From contig MU006092.1 in assembly GCA_010093705.1 (NCBI GenBank), positions 936,623-1,000,622 of the forward strand: 64,000 nucleotides of DNA. The letters run 5' to 3'. A program made the translations under genes and the position numbers. This DNA comes from Patellaria atrata CBS 101060. Its lineage: Eukaryota. Each line of letters opens with the position of its first letter. Within the stretch, counting starts at the first letter, position 1. Positions 26,542 to 40,812 of the stretch are shown piece after piece. Under the pieces are notes generated by a model. The model saw nothing but the letters and a program-made list of their open reading frames with translations. It did no database searches and was not told the DNA's origin.

Positions 26542-27902
26542 CTAAACCCCTTTCCTTATTCCCACCTTTCGTTCATCTATAGCCGGGTCCTCATACACGA
26601 CCGACACATCATCCGTACGTCGGATCCAAAACGTGCCCTTTCCATGCTCAGGCCTTTCATTTTCCGAGCCCAAGATACTCTCCTGGCTGTCTTGCGCAAG
26701 CGTAACGTCCGAAATGCCGATCTTTCTGTGCTTTGAGCTCGACTTGATGCCTGAGTTCGAAGAAAGTTCAATATGGTTTGGCGTCTTGACGCCATTGCGT
26801 GATCCGTAGCCGTTGCCATAATGTTTGTCGCCTGTACTGCCGAAGACGCGTTTGCCGAGGACGAGATCGAAGAGAGGTTGCAAGGTTGGGATGCAGGCGG
26901 CAATGATGATGGAGTTACCTTCGATGCTGGTCCAAATTGTGATGCCAGATGCGTCGTCTACAAGAGGAAATTAGACCTTCCTTGTGGTCAGGTAGAAAGA
27001 GAGCTTCACTTACAGCTGAAATCAGCGCTCGCGAGAGCAGGTAGACGCGTGCACTTATAGATAGCTACGGCAGTGGCTCTGGTGCTAGCATAAGCGGTTG
27101 TATTTAAGTGGAACATTAGGAGTCTTACACGGAGCCTAAACCGAGCGCGATACTGAGAGCCAGTTTTTTCTTAAGGTTCATCTGAAGGTTATAAAGAACG
27201 ACAGCAGGGTATATAGCAAGATAGAGGTCCACAGCAGCAGATATACCTATGGATCTGTCAGGTACGTCTTTGGGTAAATTGTGAAGAACTTACTGCCAGC
27301 AGCGATGGCATAATAAACTAGAATCCATCGACTCCAACAGGTTCCTTTGACAGAAAAGTCCCACTGAGATCGAGCTGGGGTGCATTGTGCGAAGAGAATG
27401 ATAACGCATCCAAACAAGATCAACAAACAACTTCCCGTCATGGCCCATAGGAAGATTCTGTGTCTTCGGCTGGGATTGGTTATCTTCGTCAGAAGCGCAA
27501 CCACAGCCAATTTTGGAATACCGAACGAAAAGATGCCAGGGCAGAAGCCAGCAATGGTGTACAGAATTGCATCAGACTTCTGCTTATCGGTGAGAACAGC
27601 GAAGTGGCGTCCGTTGCCAGCTCTCACGGCTGCTATAGTCAAGCCAAGCATGAGGTAGCCGCATATCTGTGCAGTCTCTCAATATAGGAAGAGATATGGA
27701 ATTCAGTCCTAAAAAAACATACCATAGACACGATAATGAGCCAGTCATCAAGTCCGACCCGCGATAGTATCTTGCTTCTCACATAGAGCCTTGCAGCAAC
27801 GAAGAATGTGGCAATGACGGTGAGGGTGCAGCATATTGCTAAAATGCTAGGGCCTATGTCCTGCTGCGCGATGTGGGGAGGAAGTTGCTGTGGTGCAGAC
27901 AT
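26542..27902 (-). CDS. Pth11-like (rhodopsin-domain) integral membrane protein without CFEM, multi-exon
   Basis: ARLYVR..GLDDW, GNGRH, PKLAVVALL, FAQCTP..QWD and IIAACIPTLQP motifs, with GT..AG introns between ORF pieces. Confidence 0.85.
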
Positions 27903-29532
27903 AGCAGAATCTAGGCGAAGCTAGTAAACGAAGTTATAAGGATTTGAAGTCAAAGGATGGAGAAAGTCCTCCAGCTAAGTACAGTAATGGGGAAATAATT
28001 AATAAGAAACATTTTGAGGGTTTTCACATATTTGATTTAGGACCTCATTCTTTATCCAGGATTGAGAACATAAAACAATGATCCCAGGTTCTCCTGTTGA
28101 TCTATATGTAGGATAAGCTAGACCGAGCACAGAGCGCAGGGAGAAATGTTGGGTGCCAGGCATCCCTCGAATAAGTTGCCAGATGTGTTCGAGAAGACCG
28201 TTCACCAATCGAAGATCGAGGGGATTCAATTTCCTTATGAATAGGAATTATATGATTAAGATATTAGGAAATTTCTGTAGCTTTCTATCCACGAAATCTT
28301 TCTTCAGCAAGAACTTAGAAGAACCTAAGGAAAATAGCGACCAATTCAAAATTTTTCGACCTCGAGAATGCTACAATTCCTTTTAGATCCAGAAAAGATA
28401 TCATTGTGGAGAACGAAGGAAGTGCCGCACCGAGGCTAGTAGACGTTGAAAATGCCTAGAAGCTAAAGTCTAGCGGTCAGTGAAGCCAAGCCGAAGGAGT
28501 TAGTTCTGGTCTGGAACAGTAGCTAGTCTGGGATTCCATGTGCTAAACCGCACGCTCGGTACGCTTACAGTGCTGTCACGGCTGTACATACAATGTTTGG
28601 GAAGTTATCGGCTTGTTCTCCGCGATAACCATCACCTCCGCTGTGTCACCACTTCAGAGAGTTGAAGAAATTATTCATGCATATGAACCATAACAAAGAG
28701 TGCACTCACCTGTGTCATCTTCCCTTTTGAATGTACAGTACCCCCACGGCCCCTCTTTCCCCAGTTCTCTCGACAAGGAAGAAGAGGTTTTCTTTTTTTT
28801 GAAAAACCGGTATTTACGCTAGTGCGCCGTTCCTAGCCAGGAGACTGTACATAAGTCTGTAAGGTACGGTACAGCATCCTATTGCATACTGTGGATAGCG
28901 TGATCCTTCCCGTCGCCACACTGTCTTACTGTATCAGGCACAGTATTCTTCGATTACGATAAAAGAAATTAACAACGTGACGGAGCGCTATAAACGGCTA
29001 CGCAGTAGGATGCCTTACATAGATTACTGTACAAGCACCTTACTTGTAGACTCAAGGAGGGCGAAAAAGTGATGGGCGAACAAAACACCCTCCTCATGCA
29101 GAAGGAAAAATTGATATCAAAATGAACAACACCACTTTGAAAGCTACAAAGTTCAAACTTGCAAGATAGGTTTGAAATAGTCTGACCTCTGTAAACCCCC
29201 ACATTTACATTTATTTAGAGCATCTCTTGTGGTGTTGTTGTCGTTGATGGTAATTTGATTGATCACAATCTTTTTGCCTAATAAATTCTCAAACCTTGGG
29301 GTGTGGAACTTATGCCGCTCCTGCGCGTGGCGGCGTCTTAGCCACGCCTCCTTAATCGTAGCGATGTGATAGACGTCGATTATATCTTCTCTAAACATTA
29401 GTTTCAGCTCCACCGAGTCCTTTCCGTCCGAGCTTAATAGTCTCTCTGCACCATTAATGCATATCTAGGGGAATGCCCCAGTTTTGTCACTCTCTTGTCC
29501 ATCTCACAAACGCATCAACATCTTTTGAGAAA

Positions 29533-31141
29533 ATGACCGCAGCTACTCAACAAGAGAACCAAACTGTCCCTGAAAATGAGTTGGCCAATGGAAACGGTAT
29601 CTATGGGAAGGAAGGAGTGATAGTGCCTGTGGTCAACCCTCCAGTAGATATCGGTGTTGCACTATGCCCATGCGATTCGGACGCTGTCCCAGAGATATTG
29701 AAGAGCATATCGTCCTTTGGAGACGACCCATCTCTCGACAATGATAATACTCGTTTGGGATTGCTTGCCAAAGCACGAGATCTTGTGAGAGCTCTAGAGA
29801 CTCCTCGAGAGACCATGATCAAACATTGCTGGGCGCAGGTATGTTGGAAACTTTTTTTTCGAAGTGAGATTGGTTTGCTAATATCAAACTTCCTTTTTAG
29901 CCTGGGTGTTATACCGCCATCACTTCTTGTTACAACCTTGGTGTTTTTTCGGTGCTAGCCAGTTATGGGGGCAGACCAAAGAAGGTCACTGAGATTGCGA
30001 GGATACTGAGGACCAATCCCGAGGTGTTGAGTAAGGCGCCGTAATCCGCAACATTTTCGATAAACTGCTGATGGGCCAAGCCCGCCTGATGAAGCATATC
30101 GCGGCCATGGGCTACATCAAAGAGACAGATCCTGATGAATACGCTCCGACGAACTTCTCGAGATCTCTGACAATTCCTATTATTGGGGATGGTTATCCAT
30201 GTCTGTAAGTGTTATCTTGTCAACGGTGCTCATTCGATTGAGATGGCTAATTGAACCAGTGCGGGCGGAGCCCACAAGTCGTGCAGCAAGTTCCCCGAAT
30301 ATATGGCGAAGACGAATTATGCAACGCCCACTGACGTCCAAGCCGGGCCGTATCAGTATGCCTTTAACACAAAGATGAACATGTTCGAATATATGCAGTC
30401 AAACCAGCCCTTAGGCAAGCAATTCAACCATCACATGGGCGGCTACCGGCAAGGTCGGCCAAGTTGGGTAGATTTTAACTTCTACCCTGTTGAGGAGCGA
30501 CTGATCAAGGGCATGGACGCCTCTCCCGACGCCGCACTACTGGTTGACGTTGGTGGATCTCTGGGTCATGACCTCCAAGAGTTTAGGTACGTTAGAATCC
30601 ACGACTTCTTCCAAGAGAATTGCTAACAAAGCTTCAGAAATAAATATGAAAACGCACCCGGTCGACTTGTATTGCAGGATCTTCCGATTGTCATTGATGC
30701 TATCCAGCAACTTCACCCCAGTATTGAGCGCATGAATCACGACTTTCACACTGAGCAGCCTGTGAAAGGTACGTTTGACAATCCTTAAACACCAAGCGAG
30801 AGACGCTGACAAAATCTTAAGATGCTCGCGCATACTATATGCACTCGGTCCTGCATGACTGGCCTGATGACGTTTGCAAGAGCATTTTGAAGCGGCTTGC
30901 TGCTGCCATGAAGCCTGGTTATAGCAAGTTGCTCATCAATGAGAACATCATCCCAGATAAAGGAGCTGATTGGCAAGCTACTGCTCTAGACATGATGATG
31001 ATTACACTCTTTTCTTCCAAGGAACGAACCAAGTCCGATTGGTACCGGCTATTAGAGTCACCAGAGCTTGGTCTCAAGGTGGTTGGTATCTGGAGCGTTG
31101 GGAACGGGGTGGAGAGCTTAATTGAATGCGAGTTGAAATGA
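29533..31141 (+). CDS. SAM-dependent O-methyltransferase (Methyltransf_2 type), multi-exon
   Basis: LVRALETPRE, LVDVGGSLGHD (SAM binding), QDLP, HDF, LHDWPDD, MKPGYSKLLINE and KERT motifs. Confidence 0.9.
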
Positions 31142-34100
31142 TAGAAGATAGCAGAACGGTAGATTGGAGTACCGCAACATATCTTGATCAATTCTAACAA
31201 TGTAATCCTACTTAACGGTCGGATAGTATCGTTGTTATTAGCAGACATCAGTATGTAAAGAATACACATGATTTAGGTTCCTTACTATGCTCTCGACTCG
31301 CTCTATCATTTCGGAGCCCTAGTGCAAGCTACTGCAATGTAAGAAGCCTGGTTCTCGTGCCTCTGTCATATGGAGTGACAATGGCCTATGGATCATTGGA
31401 TCCCTTCCTCGGCGAAGGAAGTCGACAGTTCCAAAAATGGTTTGTCGAAGAGTACGGTAGCTCAACGATTCTCGAAGGGTGCTATAATCCAGGTCTTCAT
31501 ACAGTCTTTTCTTGAGCATATTGCTCTGTTTAAATATCCCTCGTAATTATGAATGCTTTCTCGCACATCATAATGGCAAGCTCGCCGAAGTCAATGTATC
31601 GTGGAGGAAACACTCCCAGGCTTCTCCCTTGATGTCTCTCTGGTGTCGTGTTGCAGTACCGAATATCTACCGGGCCGGTATAATATCCGCAGCGCTACTA
31701 AAGCCGGTAAGGTACGGTAGTGGAGGTACACGCTAAACAAACCTCCACCCGACGACATCTGAATTGTATCAGAGTACAACCTCATCTCGTTGTACTAAGG
31801 TGCATTTGTTTCTTTCTAGCTACCTTACAGTTCTCGTGTTTGTACAGAGTATATATTGGAGATACTGACTCACACGCACCCAAATCGGTGAGCTAACCCT
31901 GTACAGTTTGAACTCCGCAACAATGGATAGTATTTATGAGAGGTAATCGTACACCGGGTAGTGTCATTCCTTATTACTTGTAAATGTATGATGTATCTAA
32001 GTTTTCATTGAGCTTATCACTGCTCTCTCGAGCGCAACTCAACCCACCCTTGCCAGCTAATTCCTCTTCCTCTCCCTGAACTAGTAATATCGAAGTATGG
32101 GTCCTTTGGTGAATCTGTCAGCTATCTGTCAGCTGTCACCCATGGAGTAGTATGGAGCACTAAAAGTCTATCTTCAAAAGTTATCTGTTTTCAATATCTG
32201 TTTCGTACTCAAACGACTCTACTATCTCAACAGATATCTCAACGACTATTATCTATATTGAGATTTGGATACGTGTTCTCTGTAGCTCTTCAGTATATAT
32301 AAACATTCCTTCAGGAGATAGATAGAAATCAAGCGATTATCTTGATTATTCAGCACCCTCACGTCTGACAAAATGATACATAGTGTAAGAATGGAAGAGA
32401 CGTCGAACTAATTAATCTAATCATCAAAAGTAAAAGGAGAGAACTTATTAGAATCGTAGAACTGGATCTACAGTTTCTATGAATAATGCATCTCTCTCTA
32501 GTGAAGATTGATCTGCGTCATCACCAATCGGTATTGCAATATGCATCTGTACTACAAAGTGCAGAAATTTGTCGCAAACCTATGTACAATGATAACTGCG
32601 GGTTCAAATAAAGTTGTCGCTGTTAGTCCGACGCTTTGCACTTTCGGGGGTCGGTGGAAACAAAAGTTGCTCGGCTCGAAGGGTCCGACTCAAACTGGGA
32701 ACCACTTCCAGATTTGTACCTGCTCATCAACGAGCTGTCATCATGTTCTCCTATAGAGCTCATTCCATCATTCAAACTTCTTCAAAATTTGAGCGCTCAG
32801 AAGTCTATACTGAAAGTGATTAGTCTACGAACAAGTACTTCGAAGAATCCAACACCGGACCGAGCAGTAGGGATCTGTGTAAGTAAGGAAACCTCAGTTG
32901 AGACGGTGATATTGTTAATAGAGCCGCAGAATTTATCCTTAAGCTATCCTTCCCCAAACTGCTCGCCATAGTCGCAGCGTAACCCTCGTGAGCTCAGGTC
33001 TTGCAGTGTTCCCAGTCGTTCCTCGATCCCACCTTCCCAGTAATGCTAGATGTGATAATGGAACGCGGGCTGATGGGCTGATGGGAACGGTGTGGTTAGG
33101 GTTAAAGATAGCTCCCGTCATTTGACGTCGTCGCAAGTCTTCCTCATTCTAGCAAGGCGAACATCCTCCATTGATTTCCTTTTTGCCTCCCCCCTTTACC
33201 CATCCTGCGAAACTTATTTTTCAGCGCAGTATTTGATTTCAAATCTTACACCTTGGGCCTCACCATTTAAGTCTGCATCGATTACTCCCATTCCGCCGTA
33301 GTCTGTCAAGGACGAATGAAAATAATATCCTCCCCCCAATATAGGGGCAATGAATTGTTGGAGGAGGAGTTCAGAAGCTTCGATTCGATGTCAGATGACA
33401 AGTCTCCTGGAACTCACTATGCACACGAGCTGAATGCTGTAGACGAGAGACATTCCACGTATTTGTACAAGCCAGACACTCGACAGGATTAGAGACCATG
33501 TACTATTCGAGAAACTTCGTTTGGGACCTCTAGATCTCTCAGAAAACCATTATATGCCTAGCGGGTATGTTTCGCCGCATCCAATCCAATAAAGCGTCCG
33601 ACACTTGAACCTCTTCGGGTACCCTGGGCATAATCTGACTCCCTATCGCCCAAGCGAAAGGTCTACGCAGATCCTAATCGAAGACTGCTCACATCCTGAG
33701 TTAGCTCTTGAGAAGAGCCTGGTAGTCAATCCCCCAGTATCTCCGGATCTTGTTCTTCAACAATACCTCCCCGATAGGTACTACGTGACAAAGAAAGCTC
33801 GAGGATGAGATTGAAGTAACATCTGCAGCAAATTCACCCGTCAGGACGTTCAGCCGAATATGTAGCCTACCGGTTCTTAAAATGCTTTTTCCCGTAGCAC
33901 ACGCAGAGCCTGTCGCAGCGTAGCCCGTTAATTCCCTGATACTTCCAACGGCGGTCCAGCATTTCCACGAATTCATGCGTTAGCAGCAATCCAAATAACA
34001 GCTAGCCCAACTCCAGGGGCTCCAGGAATCCGACCTTCCTTGGCTACTAGTTATCATGAACTGTACTTTAGCAGAACAGCATATGCTGTCTCAACACTTT

Positions 34101-35790
34101 CTTTCCTTAAGTTTAAGCTTCATGTACATGTAGCAATATACCTTTCAGCTTCCATCTGAGATTGAGCCTTGACATCCGGCACCTCTACGTCCCACCAAGC
34201 ATCGAGTCCCATGAGCCTATAATTTCTCGGAGCAGTCAAGTTGCAGTTTCATTCTTCAATTCAAAGCTTTACTGTATGGTCTATCAATGTTTTGAAAGCA
34301 TCGGCAGATCAAGAGGCTGTAAAGATAGATACCCAGTACCGTCAGTCCTCCCAAACACTGATGGCAAGAGGCGCAAGGATTCGGGCACATCGCCGTCGGA
34401 TTGATCGCTGAAATTACTGTAATCACAAGAACCCCAGCGCGATCAAGGGATGTAGAGGTAGGTCAATTGACAGTGTTCCACAGCCGTACTGAGTACTTCT
34501 TTGTACTTTGCTACATCTCTCTTTCATCATCACATCCCTTTGTATGCCTTTACTCATCGATCAGAGGCCGTACAGTGTCCTATTATATAGTGAGGATAGC
34601 TCTCCTTTGCGTTATTCATCAGCTACTCCTCTTTAGTAAGTACATTTCCTTTATTATATTGAAGAATACCTTATGAAGTAAGACGTGTGGCTACGGAAAG
34701 GATTATACTACCTACCATATATACAGTAGTAGGATGCTTCACATATCACTGGCCGGATATTCTTTCGGATATAAACTGCTCGCATGAGCACCCTTTTTGG
34801 GGTTATTTGAAGTAGTAATTAGTCAAGAATAGAGCTATCCACCCAACTTCCTATATCATTCGACCGTCATCTCTCAACTTGGCAAAGTTTAGATTTAAAA
34901 ATCGAACCCCAAGAACCCACTCGTCGGGTTCGCCGCGCTAAGATCTACCAAAGGATCAGACCCGGCACGCGGGTTCGCCGCTCGGGTATCAGCTACAATC
35001 CCAGGTTAAATAACGTTGCAACATCCCCATGTCTCGCTCCTTTTGCAGTTGAACTAATACCTGGAATATAGGTAATTGGTTTAGAACTTGCTTTGATCAC
35101 CTGACTGGAAAGATAGTCAGAAATAATCGGTTTCTCCGAACAGTCGTCTGTACTACGACCTTCTCAGCGCTTACTATACAGCTGGAGTCACACCACTTTC
35201 TCTTTTCCTTAGAAAAGGTAAATGATAGTGATGAAAGGGTCGTCTTACCCGCTTAAGGTCAGTCTTTGGATCCTCCTGTGAAATGATAACCACTTACGAT
35301 AATATGATATGAAATAGCCCCAGATCACGCTCCAGAGCTATCACATGGCTGTCAATCCTTCATTTTACGGCCGTACACAGCAGAAACCGAAAACGATTGT
35401 GTAGAAGTCGATCTACGGAAAGAATATCTCAAGAATATGTAAAATAACAAAAGAGGACGGCATCACGGCGACAAATTTTCATTCACAAACAGATTCAGGC
35501 CCGTTCAAGCCCGAAATGAGTCTTACCTCCGTTTTTTCTATCCCTATCTAGTGTAATAGGCCCTGGGATAGTAATTATTGAAGCGACCTCCATTCTGCGG
35601 TCAAAGAGAGTCGTAGGGATGATGTAATGTCACGGTCTTCTCAAGGGATGAGATAAAGCCTATAAAAGCTACTCAGTGTACTTCATTCATATATCTCTCG
35701 ACATCTAGTGCATCAAACTCCTATCCATTCCGCCAGAGCAACATTGGAACTTACTGAGAATTTCTCACAATAACCTCAAAACTTTTCAAG

Positions 35791-36362
35791 ATGTACAAGA
35801 ACCTCTTCTATCTCTCTCTCTTCGCTAGTGCGACCACCGTATCCGGCTTCGATTTCTTCATCAAGCACGCTCTTCAGACCATTGCTACAGGAAGCCCAAC
35901 GGGGCCAACCTATATTGATTTCGCTATGGTGCAGGAAGAGTCCGATTGTGGACCAACACCTACTTGCGATGCCGTAATTACCTCTTACGATATTCCTCTG
36001 TTCATACTAAACCTTTCAGGGCCTCAAAGCATGGAATAATGGTGACTTGTGTGATGGCACTCAGGAATACACCTACAATGTTTGTGATCGATCATTCAGC
36101 CTCCGCCCGGACGGGGATGCTTGCGCCAAATTCTCAGCTTTTGATGACTCAAACGATGCCGACATTCCCCCTGGTGCCACATATGCGCAGTTGTGGGAGG
36201 GAGAGAGCCGAGTCGGAACTTGCTAGTAGGTAATTGCCTGACAATATTGAATCCTGGTTAACAATACCTAGTGTCGATTATGGAGGTGATGATGATGAGG
36301 TCAACACTTGTGGTACAAGCACTGTCAGTAAATCATCTAAGACGAGGTGCTGGGTCGAGTGA
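35791..36362 (+). CDS. Small secreted Cys-rich protein (3 exons, 159 aa, 8 Cys), fragmented in the ORF track
   Basis: Signal peptide MYKNLFYLSLFASATTVSG; two 46-nt introns (35974-36019, 36226-36271) give ...CDA/GLKAWNNGDLC...VGTCY/VDYGGDDDEVNTC...TRCWVE*; TATAAAA at 35661. Confidence 0.8.
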
Positions 36363-38571
36363 GATATAGCCTGTGTCGGTGTGATATTTCAGATTTCTCT
36401 TACACCATTTGGTTTTCCAGGGAAGCGTGAATTATTCATCGACTATGATGAGGAGGATGGACAGGAGTCGATCAACGGCGGTTATGTAGCTAGTCATTCG
36501 TTAGTTTCTCAGTGAAATCAGCATTCAATGAGTATTATGTTCCCATCTACCTCTATTCAAGTCATCCTGTTGGTATACGTACGTAAGACTTATACTACCT
36601 CCACAACAACTTAAAAACCGTAGCATCCTTTTCAAGCTATCTGTATCCCGACATAGCCGGACAAGGGTATGTGGTTGAAGCAGGATGCGGATAGAGTAAA
36701 TTGGAAAAAGTAAAGGGGATATGGTGAACTACTTTAAGAATACCCAATACATCATGAAAAGTCCCCCAGCCCACATACACCATTGTAGTTTCCTGCCTCG
36801 CCTGAACGCGTGGGCATTCAGCTCACCGAATCCTTCCAATTTGCCTGTCACGTCATTCTGAGAGCTCCGAGCTTAAACAGTCAAATCCAAAATCCCATAG
36901 ATACAAAGCATGCTCCGCAGAGGTCAGTGATGGTCCGTAGTTTTTGATGGTAGTGTTAGTATGACCGAGACACTAGTCCAACTACCAAGTATCTGATTGG
37001 ATTATCCTATTGAGATTGCAGGTCAGCGTTTGGAAGATCGTGTTTCGCTACGTTAATAGGCACGTTTTGATCTGTACCCAGAATTGGTTCTTAGACTCCA
37101 TGTTTATGTTTTAGGTTATATCACACTTAGATCACGATGAGCAAGCTAGGGCTGCAGTGCGGCCTTATTGTGATAGCAGTACAGTATGCTGTTTGTGCCT
37201 CTACACAATCTGCATGTTTCTCCGTCTCTCACCGGGTGAAGCTCGACTCTTCGTGATCACTGATCAGAGCTGTCAGCCGGTGAGTTGAGGACGCCGGGTT
37301 TGTATTGAAACTGTGTTCCCGCTGGATCCCGGTAACACGCTTTCAAGCGCTTGAAATAGAGGCCTAAATATATAGCGAATTACTTATTTTCAGTATTCCT
37401 CTCCAGGAGCGTTCGAGCTCTAGTAATGGTCTGCGAATGAGTTGAGAGACGGCCAGTGTTTAGAGATGAACGCAGATACCTCGATTAATCTAGTATTACT
37501 GATTAAGAAGACGGTTCAAGATATTAAGAAGTCGAGATGTCAAGGTTATACAGTAAGAAATGCTAGCACTTAGGCTCAGGTTGAGAAATTACGTGTTCGA
37601 AATAGTTGTAAAATTGTTCGTCCTCGGCTACACGGAGATATCTAGTAGGGGACAAGGGCGACCTAATGTATGTCATCTCTGGTGGTAGATAGCTAGTGAA
37701 CTGTGGGAATGTAAGGAGAAGAGACGGAGATTTTCGCCAGATTATTGTTCGACTGTTCTCTGCTACCCAGATGACTCGTTGCACCCACAGCAATTGTAAG
37801 CAGATGTTTTTCCAGTGTGGTGTAGCTTTTAGATATACAGTACTCGTGGATTTACTGTACTTGGTGTGCAGACGTAGATGCTCAATATTTATTTATCTAT
37901 TTTTTATTTTATTTTATTTTTTTTTTAAAAAAAAAGCTTTCTCAGTGTTGAGAGGAAAGGAATCTACTGGTCTACAAAGTACTGCTCTCATCACTAATCA
38001 ATCCAGAAGATCTATTGACTTTTGACCATGTTGCAAAATTCTCCACCCACAGTTCTGCCCCCACATTCTTGTCCATGCTGACTCCATAGTTCATATGGCA
38101 TATCTTTCGTTCCTTAGTCTTATTCGGCCGTACCCCTATATCCTAATACTGTTACTTCGGGTCCAAATCATTCTTTTTCGCATCCTCTTCCTATTGGGGG
38201 ACGTATTCGCTCATGATCCTAGAGCCCTCGGTAAAGAGTATTTCTCATATGTCGGCTTCATAGACGAAGGAATAGAAGGAGCTGCGGCTGAGAGACTGCA
38301 TCATTGTTCCGGAACTTCCGGTGCCGAGTATTCAAAAGTATGCTTTGTTCCTGATATCTGTAGGAGGAGCGGCAGGGCTATAGTTCTGGGATGTTCGTAC
38401 TGTGTACCGTGTGTCGTTGTCTTTACTGAGATGAGAATACCTTTGTACGGTTGTACCTTACGGACGTAAGGTATGTTGCTCGATTGGTTTAAGGCTTGGC
38501 CCTAGCTCGCTCTATTCATAGAACTACGCCACCATACAGTACCTTATTTAGTCAAATAGCTTCCGTACCTA

Positions 38572-40696
38572 GACGTAGGTTCGGGCTCGTGCACGATTCG
38601 GCTGTTGCACGGCATCCCCACAAACCTATACTGTTACTTTAAAGTTGAATATCTCCACCAATATGGCTCCAATTGACGAGGCGCTTGCTGCGTTACGTAT
38701 CTCAGATACCCCAAATATCACTGAGACTGCTGAAAAGTTTGGTGTTAATCGTTCCACGCTGTCAAGGCGCTATAGGAATAAAACTCAAGCTAGGGAAGTT
38801 GCATACGATAATCAAAGAAATTTAGATTAGATTTAAAGCGACCTTCTTGTAAAATACGTAAATGATATCTCTATTCGTGGTTTAGCACCTACTCCATCAA
38901 TGGTACGGATATACGCAGGCGAAATCACAGGCAAGCTACCGTCAGTTTCATGGCCAAGCCGCTGGATCAACGACAATTTAGGTGTTTTGAAATCAGCATA
39001 TCTAGCACCTATTGATGTTGTACGCAAATCTTCTGAATCTCCAATCACCTGGAGTATCTTCTACAACATTCTGAACGCAAAGATACAGCAGTATAATATT
39101 AAGTCACATAATATTTATAATATGGATGAGAAGGGGTTCCAGATAGGTATTTTAGGTAAAGAGAGGAGATATTTCTCAAAAGCTGCGTGGGAATCTGGGA
39201 GACTCAAGCACGTTATTCAAGACGGTAGTACGGCCTGGATAACACTCGTTGCTACTATCTGTGCTGATGGAACTTACCTTCCACCTGCTCTAATATACGA
39301 AGCTATATCTAGAGATATTCAAGACGTATGGTTACAAGATTATAAGCCAAAGGAGTACAACGTCTCTTTTGCTTCTTCCCCGACCGGTTGGACGAATAAT
39401 CACCTTGGAATGGAGTGGTTAATCAACGTTTTTGAACCTCAGACGAAAGCAAAGGCTAGACAGGCTCGTGATTGGAGGTTACTGTTGGTTGATGGCTACG
39501 GATCACACCTAACGCTTCCCTTTGTTGACTATTGTATCAAACATCGGATTATACTTGCAAACTTTCCCCCTCATAGTACCCATAAGCTCCAACCTCTTGA
39601 CGTATCTCTCTTCTCACCACTATCCACGTACTATAGGCAAGAGCTAGATAAGCTGAAGAGTCATAGTGAGGGTAGATATACTGTTATAAAGAAAGATTTT
39701 ATACGTCTATTCCTCCCCGCCTTTGAAAAAGCCTTTGTTCCAAAGAATATCCTAAGTGGATTTGCAAAAACAGGTATACAACCATTCAATCCAACGGCTA
39801 TACTCAAGATATTTGAAGAGGTGGATGTTCCAGCTGGTCCAGTTGATCAAGAATTATCATCAGACGAACCAGAGATAAGTACAAGTGATTGGAGGACTAT
39901 AAAGAGGAGGTTAAAGGAGGAATTTGGCCCTACCCCTGACTTAAAAACTCAAAAACTGAGCGACACCTTATTACTCGCTATCAACGAGAACCAGTTACTT
40001 AAACATCGTATAAAGGGGCTAGAAGAGACTTTAGATCTTGAAAAACAAAAACGTAAGCGTGGTAAACCTATCTTTAAAACTGCTGGCATGAAACTAAATT
40101 CAAAATCAACTTTTTGGACACCTGCTAAAGTTAGCCGTGCTCTAGCAACAATTGAAGAACAAGACGCAATACGTAGACAAGAAGCTGCCTCAAAAGCTGA
40201 AGATAAGGTAAGAAAAGAGGTTACTAAGGCAGAGAAACAGAAAGAACTGGATGAAAGGCGGCGTTTACGAGCCCAAGACAAGGCAGATAGGCAGGCTAAA
40301 GCTGCAGCAGAAAGCGGGGTTAGAAAAGAGAACGCTTTAGCGCGTTTAGCTAAACAGCAGCTTAATACTGAGATCAAGGCTTCAAGAGTACGAAAACGAG
40401 CACCTATTAGAGCAATTACAACTACTCAAAAGCCTCAAGTTGTTGCTATTGATGCCCCTCAAGAGGGGGGGGGTTGGTGAGGCCTCAACACGGCCTCAGC
40501 GCTCACGGCGGCCTCCACAACGTTTTGAGATATCTGAAAATTAGTTAGATAGGTTCAGCAGCATCAAGTTACTACACCATCTAAATCTCCAGCAGCTAGC
40601 ACGTATATTGAGATAATAGCATTAAAAGATAGATGGGGTCAAATTGCCTAGACGTCCGTGCAACAGCCGAATCGTGCACGAGCCCGAACCTACGTC
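38572..40696 (+). mobile_element. pogo/Fot1-type Tc1-mariner DNA transposon (~2.1 kb)
   Basis: Perfect 41-bp TIRs (38572-38612 and 40656-40696) flanked by TA on both sides; encloses an HTH + DDE_1 transposase. Confidence 0.95.
38663..40544 (+). pseudogene. DDE transposase inactivated by RIP-type stops and a probable frameshift in a G run
   Basis: N-terminal HTH (FGVNRSTLSRR); YNMDEKG, VDGYGSH and LQPLDV motifs; in-frame TAG 38828-38830 and TAA 38834-38836; removing one G from the G9 run (40465-40473) extends the frame to ...RPQRSRRPPQRFEISEN*. Confidence 0.85.
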
Positions 40697-40812
40697 TAGC
40701 TCATCTATTTTCTACGTAGCTGACCTCACTTTATCTTAATTTTATTTTATCTGTACCGCAGGTATTCTTGTGATGTTGCTCCGTAGTACATGCTTATACC
40801 AATAATCAGGAA

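Noticed and set aside
32500..34050. S/P/R-rich stretch resembling a decayed gene
   Set aside because: Stop frequency in the best frame is close to random and no domain is recognisable
38030..38360. Protein-like minus-strand frame with five stops next to the transposon
   Set aside because: No homology recognised; the stops alone do not demonstrate RIP
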